From Myxococcales bacterium (GTDB lineage: Bacteria; Myxococcota; Myxococcia; Myxococcales; UBA5297), in NCBI GenBank assembly GCA_049841135.1, contig JASGHK010000008.1, positions 339,272 through 403,271 on the forward strand: DNA of 64,000 nucleotides, given 5' to 3'. The notes under the pieces are model-generated. The model searched no databases. It was not told the origin of the DNA and saw only the letters and a list, made by a program, of their open reading frames with translations. This document shows, piece by piece, positions 60,897 through 64,000 of this stretch (its first letter is position 1; each line of letters begins with the position of its first letter). A program made the position numbers and the translations under genes.

Positions 60897-60935
60897 TCCA
60901 CCAAGTCCACCAAGTCCACCAAGTCCACCAAGTCC
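60897..60935. repeat. 9-bp tandem repeat (TCCACCAAG x4.3) in the intergenic region upstream of gap
   Basis: tccaccaag tccaccaag tccaccaag tccaccaag tcc. Lies about 380 nt upstream of the gap start, between gap and the 3' end of the lipoprotein gene. Confidence 0.6.
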
Positions 60936-60973
60936 TCTCCGTCCACCCAGCCCAGCGCTCTGGCTTCGGGAGC

Positions 60974-62383
60974 CTACGGTCCGTCGTACACGCCGACCGT
61001 CCCGCGCTTGAACGACACGACGATGCGCCGCTGAGCCCCCGAGCGATCGACCTGGATGTCGGGAATTTCGCCGCCTGGGAGGCCAACCACGCTCCAGTCC
61101 GTGAAGACGCCCGCCTGAATCCGCGTGAGCCCGCCCGTTCTCCCGCCGACCCAGACCGAGCCGTCCAGCGGGTCGACCGCGACCGAGGAGACCTGGGCGG
61201 GCGTCTTGAAGAACTCCACCGTGCCGTCCGTCTTGCGATGCGCCAGGCCATTGGTGGACGAGCTTATCCAGAGCGAGCCGTCCAGGCCCATGGCCATCCC
61301 CGAGACGTAATCGTCGGTGCGCTGGCTCGGGCGCGAGTCCGAGGGTAGCGGGTCCTTCCACCAGTCGAGGGAGAACCGGGCTTGTTTGTCGGTTCCCTGG
61401 TCCTCGCAGTCGAAGAAATTCAGGCCACCGACCCCAGCGAAGCAGCTCATCGAGCGGTGGATGCCGCCGATCCACGCCGTGCCGGTGGAGTCCACCGTCA
61501 GGCCGTAGTAGCCGCCGGTAAGCGCGACCTCGGTGGTGCTGTCCTCGTACTTGTAGCCGTTGAGAATCGGGTGGGCGTGCTCCCAAACCTGGGTGCTTGT
61601 GGCATTTCCCCATGCGTAGCCGTGGTTGGCACCGAACCAGACACCATTCGTCTTCTTGTCGTAGCGGATGCGGTAGACCTTGCAGAGCTTCTCGCGGCCG
61701 GCAGGCTCGGCAGGGACGAAGTCGGGCGGGCTGGAGATGTCGTAGTGCGAGACCGCAATCCCGCTTGCGGTGAGGGACACTCGGTCGGCGTCACCGCTCT
61801 TGTAGATGTTCGGGTCCGGGTTCGGGCCGTCCCAGTTGTCCTCGCAGCCCACGGCGCCGGGCGGGTCGGAGCCCTCGTAGCCTACGAACGCCGTGCCAGC
61901 GGGCCCGCCTGCGACCGAGATGACGTTGAGGTCATAAGACGTCACCGGCCCCTGCTTCGAGCCCGGGTAGGGCTCGCCCCATGGGTGGAGCCCCTCCGCC
62001 AGGCCGAAGTGCTGGTAGCGGGTCGTGCCCGACTTCATGACGAACAGGCCGCTCTGCCCGCCGGCGACCCAGAGGTTCCCGCCCTCGTCCACGGTCGCGC
62101 CAAAGACCTGCCCGGGACCTCCGTTGCCGGTCCCAAAGAAGGTCCACCCCTGCAAGGTGGGCTGAACGATGGTCGCGTCCGGACCTGGCGCCGCCGCATC
62201 CGGGGGCTCCTCGGCAGCATCCGGGATTCCCGCGTCGAATCCTGAGTCCACCGCGGGGATTGCGCCGTCCTGCTCGCTGACGATCCCCGCCGCGTCCAGC
62301 GCCCCGCTCGAGCCGCCGGAGCTGCACGCGCCGACGATGACGACGAGCCCGCCCAACGCCGCCCACACCGCTGCCCGCGCCAT
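60974..62383 (-). CDS. lipoprotein, hypothetical (beta-propeller-like)
   Basis: MARAAVWAALGGLVVIVGAC lipobox. Many WxG/G-rich beta-strand repeats. 469 aa. Confidence 0.5.
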   Translation of the reverse strand: MARAAVWAALGGLVVIVGACSSGGSSGALDAAGIVSEQDGAIPAVDSGFDAGIPDAAEEPPDAAAPGPDATIVQPTLQGWTFFGTGNGGPGQVFGATVDEGGNLWVAGGQSGLFVMKSGTTRYQHFGLAEGLHPWGEPYPGSKQGPVTSYDLNVISVAGGPAGTAFVGYEGSDPPGAVGCEDNWDGPNPDPNIYKSGDADRVSLTASGIAVSHYDISSPPDFVPAEPAGREKLCKVYRIRYDKKTNGVWFGANHGYAWGNATSTQVWEHAHPILNGYKYEDSTTEVALTGGYYGLTVDSTGTAWIGGIHRSMSCFAGVGGLNFFDCEDQGTDKQARFSLDWWKDPLPSDSRPSQRTDDYVSGMAMGLDGSLWISSSTNGLAHRKTDGTVEFFKTPAQVSSVAVDPLDGSVWVGGRTGGLTRIQAGVFTDWSVVGLPGGEIPDIQVDRSGAQRRIVVSFKRGTVGVYDGP

Positions 62384-62679
62384 CGCCGCCCTCCCCTGCA
62401 CCTCCCGGAAACCTGTCCCCCGGCCGCGCCGCCGGCAAGCGACGGACCACCTCCGCGGCTGGTCGGCTGCCTGGCTGCCCCGTCCGGTACTCTCCGGTCA
62501 GCCCTCCGCCTCGAGCGAGACAACCACCACCACCCCGCCGAAGACGACCGCGCCCGGGAACGAGTTCCAGCGCACCTGGGAGCGCATCCAGAGATCGTCC
62601 CAGCGCTCGAAGTAGGAGCCGTCCGCTGGGGTCCGCGCGCTACAATGCCGGCCGCTCGACGCCCCGGGGGCCCGCCGCC

Positions 62680-63402
62680 ATGGACATCAACGCGCTTCGC
62701 TGTCGGAACTGCGGAGCGACCATCGACTCGCGCGACGTCCACGAGGACCTCGCCATCGCCAAGTGCCGGTACTGCAGCACAGTGCTGGACCTCGCTCGCC
62801 GTGACCCCGCGGGTGAAGGCCCGGCCACTGCTCGCCCCGGCCGCGCCTCGGTCCCCATGCCCGAGCGGTTCAGCGTGGACGAGGGCCCCGGAGGCCTCTC
62901 CATCGAGTGGCGCTGGTTCACGTTCAAGACGATCTTCCTGATCTTCTTCTGCCTCTTCTGGGACGGCTTCCTCGTCGTCTGGTACCAGTCCGCCTTCACC
63001 GACCGCGAGTGGGTGGCCATCCTCTTCCCCGTCCTCCACGTCGCCGTCGGCGTCAGCATGACCTGGACCGCCATCGCCCAGCTCTTCAACCGCACGCGCA
63101 TCGTGGCCTCCCGTGGCTCCCTGCGCATCCAGCACAGCCCGCTGCCGTGGCCGGGCAACCGCGTGCTCAAGCTCTCCGACATCGACCAGCTCTTCTGCGA
63201 CGAGACCGTGCACAAGGGCGACGACTCCACGACGTACACCTACAACTTGCGCGCGATGCTTCACGGCACCAGCAAGCGCCTCAAGCTCATCGGCAGCCTC
63301 GACCGCCCCGACCAGGCGCTCTTCCTGGAGCAACAGCTCGAGCGCTTCCTGGGCATCGAGGACCGGCCCGTCCACGGCGAGCTGTCCAAGGGCCCGCTTT
63401 AG
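62680..63402 (+). CDS. zinc-ribbon plus two-TM membrane protein, hypothetical
   Basis: N-terminal CRNCGA...CRYCST zinc ribbon. Hydrophobic segments FTFKTIFLIFFCLFWDGFLVVWY and WVAILFPVLHVAVGVSMTWTAI. Confidence 0.5.
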   Translation: MDINALRCRNCGATIDSRDVHEDLAIAKCRYCSTVLDLARRDPAGEGPATARPGRASVPMPERFSVDEGPGGLSIEWRWFTFKTIFLIFFCLFWDGFLVVWYQSAFTDREWVAILFPVLHVAVGVSMTWTAIAQLFNRTRIVASRGSLRIQHSPLPWPGNRVLKLSDIDQLFCDETVHKGDDSTTYTYNLRAMLHGTSKRLKLIGSLDRPDQALFLEQQLERFLGIEDRPVHGELSKGPL

Positions 63403-63724
63403 CGCGCCGGCCCACCCCCTGCCCCTCCCATACTGCGGGAGGGGTTTCGCTCCTCGCCTTCGGCCGCCCTGGCCGGAGCTCTCTACCCACCGGTCCCACG
63501 GGCCCGCGCCAGGCTGACGACGCCCCGGGCAAGCTCCTTTCCGCCTCCCGCTCGGAGCTGTCGAGACTTGAACGAAACGTCGAAGGCCCAGTCGCATCCT
63601 TAGGTGGCAGCAGCGGCGCGCAGCTCCGGTCCAGTCGGACAGGCGCGGCAGCGCGTCGGCTCGTGAGGGGGACCTCGATCTTTCGGCCGCGCGGCAACGC
63701 ACGGCCTGGAGCTACCGGCGCGCC

Positions 63725-64000
63725 ATGAGTTCCTTGCCAAATCCAGAAGCTGATTGGGAACAGCCCGCCTGGGGCCACTCCATCACGCTGGCCGGCATCC
63801 AGGAGCGCATCGGGCCGCTCGAGGATCCGCCCTCGCTCTTGCCTGGCGGTCACACCAACCTGAACCTGCGCCTGTGCCCGTCCAAGGTCCTGCGCATCTT
63901 CCGGCACGACCCCAAGGCCTCGGGCAAGGAGGCCGCGCTCCTGCGCCGGACCTGGAAGCACCTGCGCGTGCCCAGGGTGTTCTCGCGGGGAGCCGACTTC
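63725..64000 (+). CDS. 5' part of a phosphotransferase (APH/choline-kinase-like) family protein, truncated by the window end
   Basis: MSSLPNPEADWEQPAWGHSITLAGIQERIGPLEDPPSLLPGGHTNLNLRLCPSKVLRIF resembles the N-terminal nucleotide-binding region of the APH family. No stop codon before the window end. Confidence 0.35.
   Translation, partial: MSSLPNPEADWEQPAWGHSITLAGIQERIGPLEDPPSLLPGGHTNLNLRLCPSKVLRIFRHDPKASGKEAALLRRTWKHLRVPRVFSRGADF

Noticed and set aside
60785-61348. ORFs translating the 9-bp repeat as HQVHQVHQV (plus strand) and WWTWWTWW (minus strand)
   Set aside because: They are artefacts of translating a non-coding microsatellite. No RBS, and they overlap the 3' end of the lipoprotein gene.
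62035-63702. 555-aa minus ORF
   Set aside because: Overlaps the well-formed lipoprotein and zinc-ribbon membrane protein genes on both strands. Low-complexity product.

Overview
Window of 64 kb at about 70% GC, with no rRNA, tRNA or CRISPR. The MYXO-CTERM sorting tail, the Myxococcus cysteine-rich repeats (TIGR02232-like), a TIGR02996 repeat-companion domain and a Ser/Thr-kinase/STAND fusion all point to a myxobacterial (Myxococcales) chromosome. The core of the window (10.8-26.4 kb, minus strand) is a respiratory supercluster. A complete alternative complex III operon (actABCDEF) is translationally coupled through ATGA stop/start overlaps to a small membrane ORF. That ORF is coupled in turn to a divergent second coxB-ctaD pair carrying substitutions at conserved Cu ligand positions. 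A terminator-like hairpin follows, then a canonical sco-coxB-ctaD-coxC-coxD caa3 oxidase operon. Flanking genes include a Tat-signal TldD with its PmbA partner, an orphan CheY-like regulator, a lipoprotein lipase, and a ParE toxin with a frameshifted Phd/YefM antitoxin. Further along are an SPL-like radical SAM protein, folB, a TIGR02996 protein divergent from a B12-binding radical SAM gene, a LysM-CE4 deacetylase, a cupin and a zf-UBP protein. The right half holds a HelD/UvrD-like helicase, two tandem Cys-rich mini-lipoproteins, yciH, a 1134-aa kinase/nSTAND protein and a giant lipoprotein of about 2000 aa with internal 237-bp tandem repeats. It ends with a MYXO-CTERM protein, a PP2C phosphatase and a gap-pgk single-ORF fusion. 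At least eight genes are interrupted by single-site frameshifts in this sequence. These may be assembly indels or pseudogenes. All coordinates were derived by hand from the ORF track plus codon counting; internal starts may be off by a few nucleotides.
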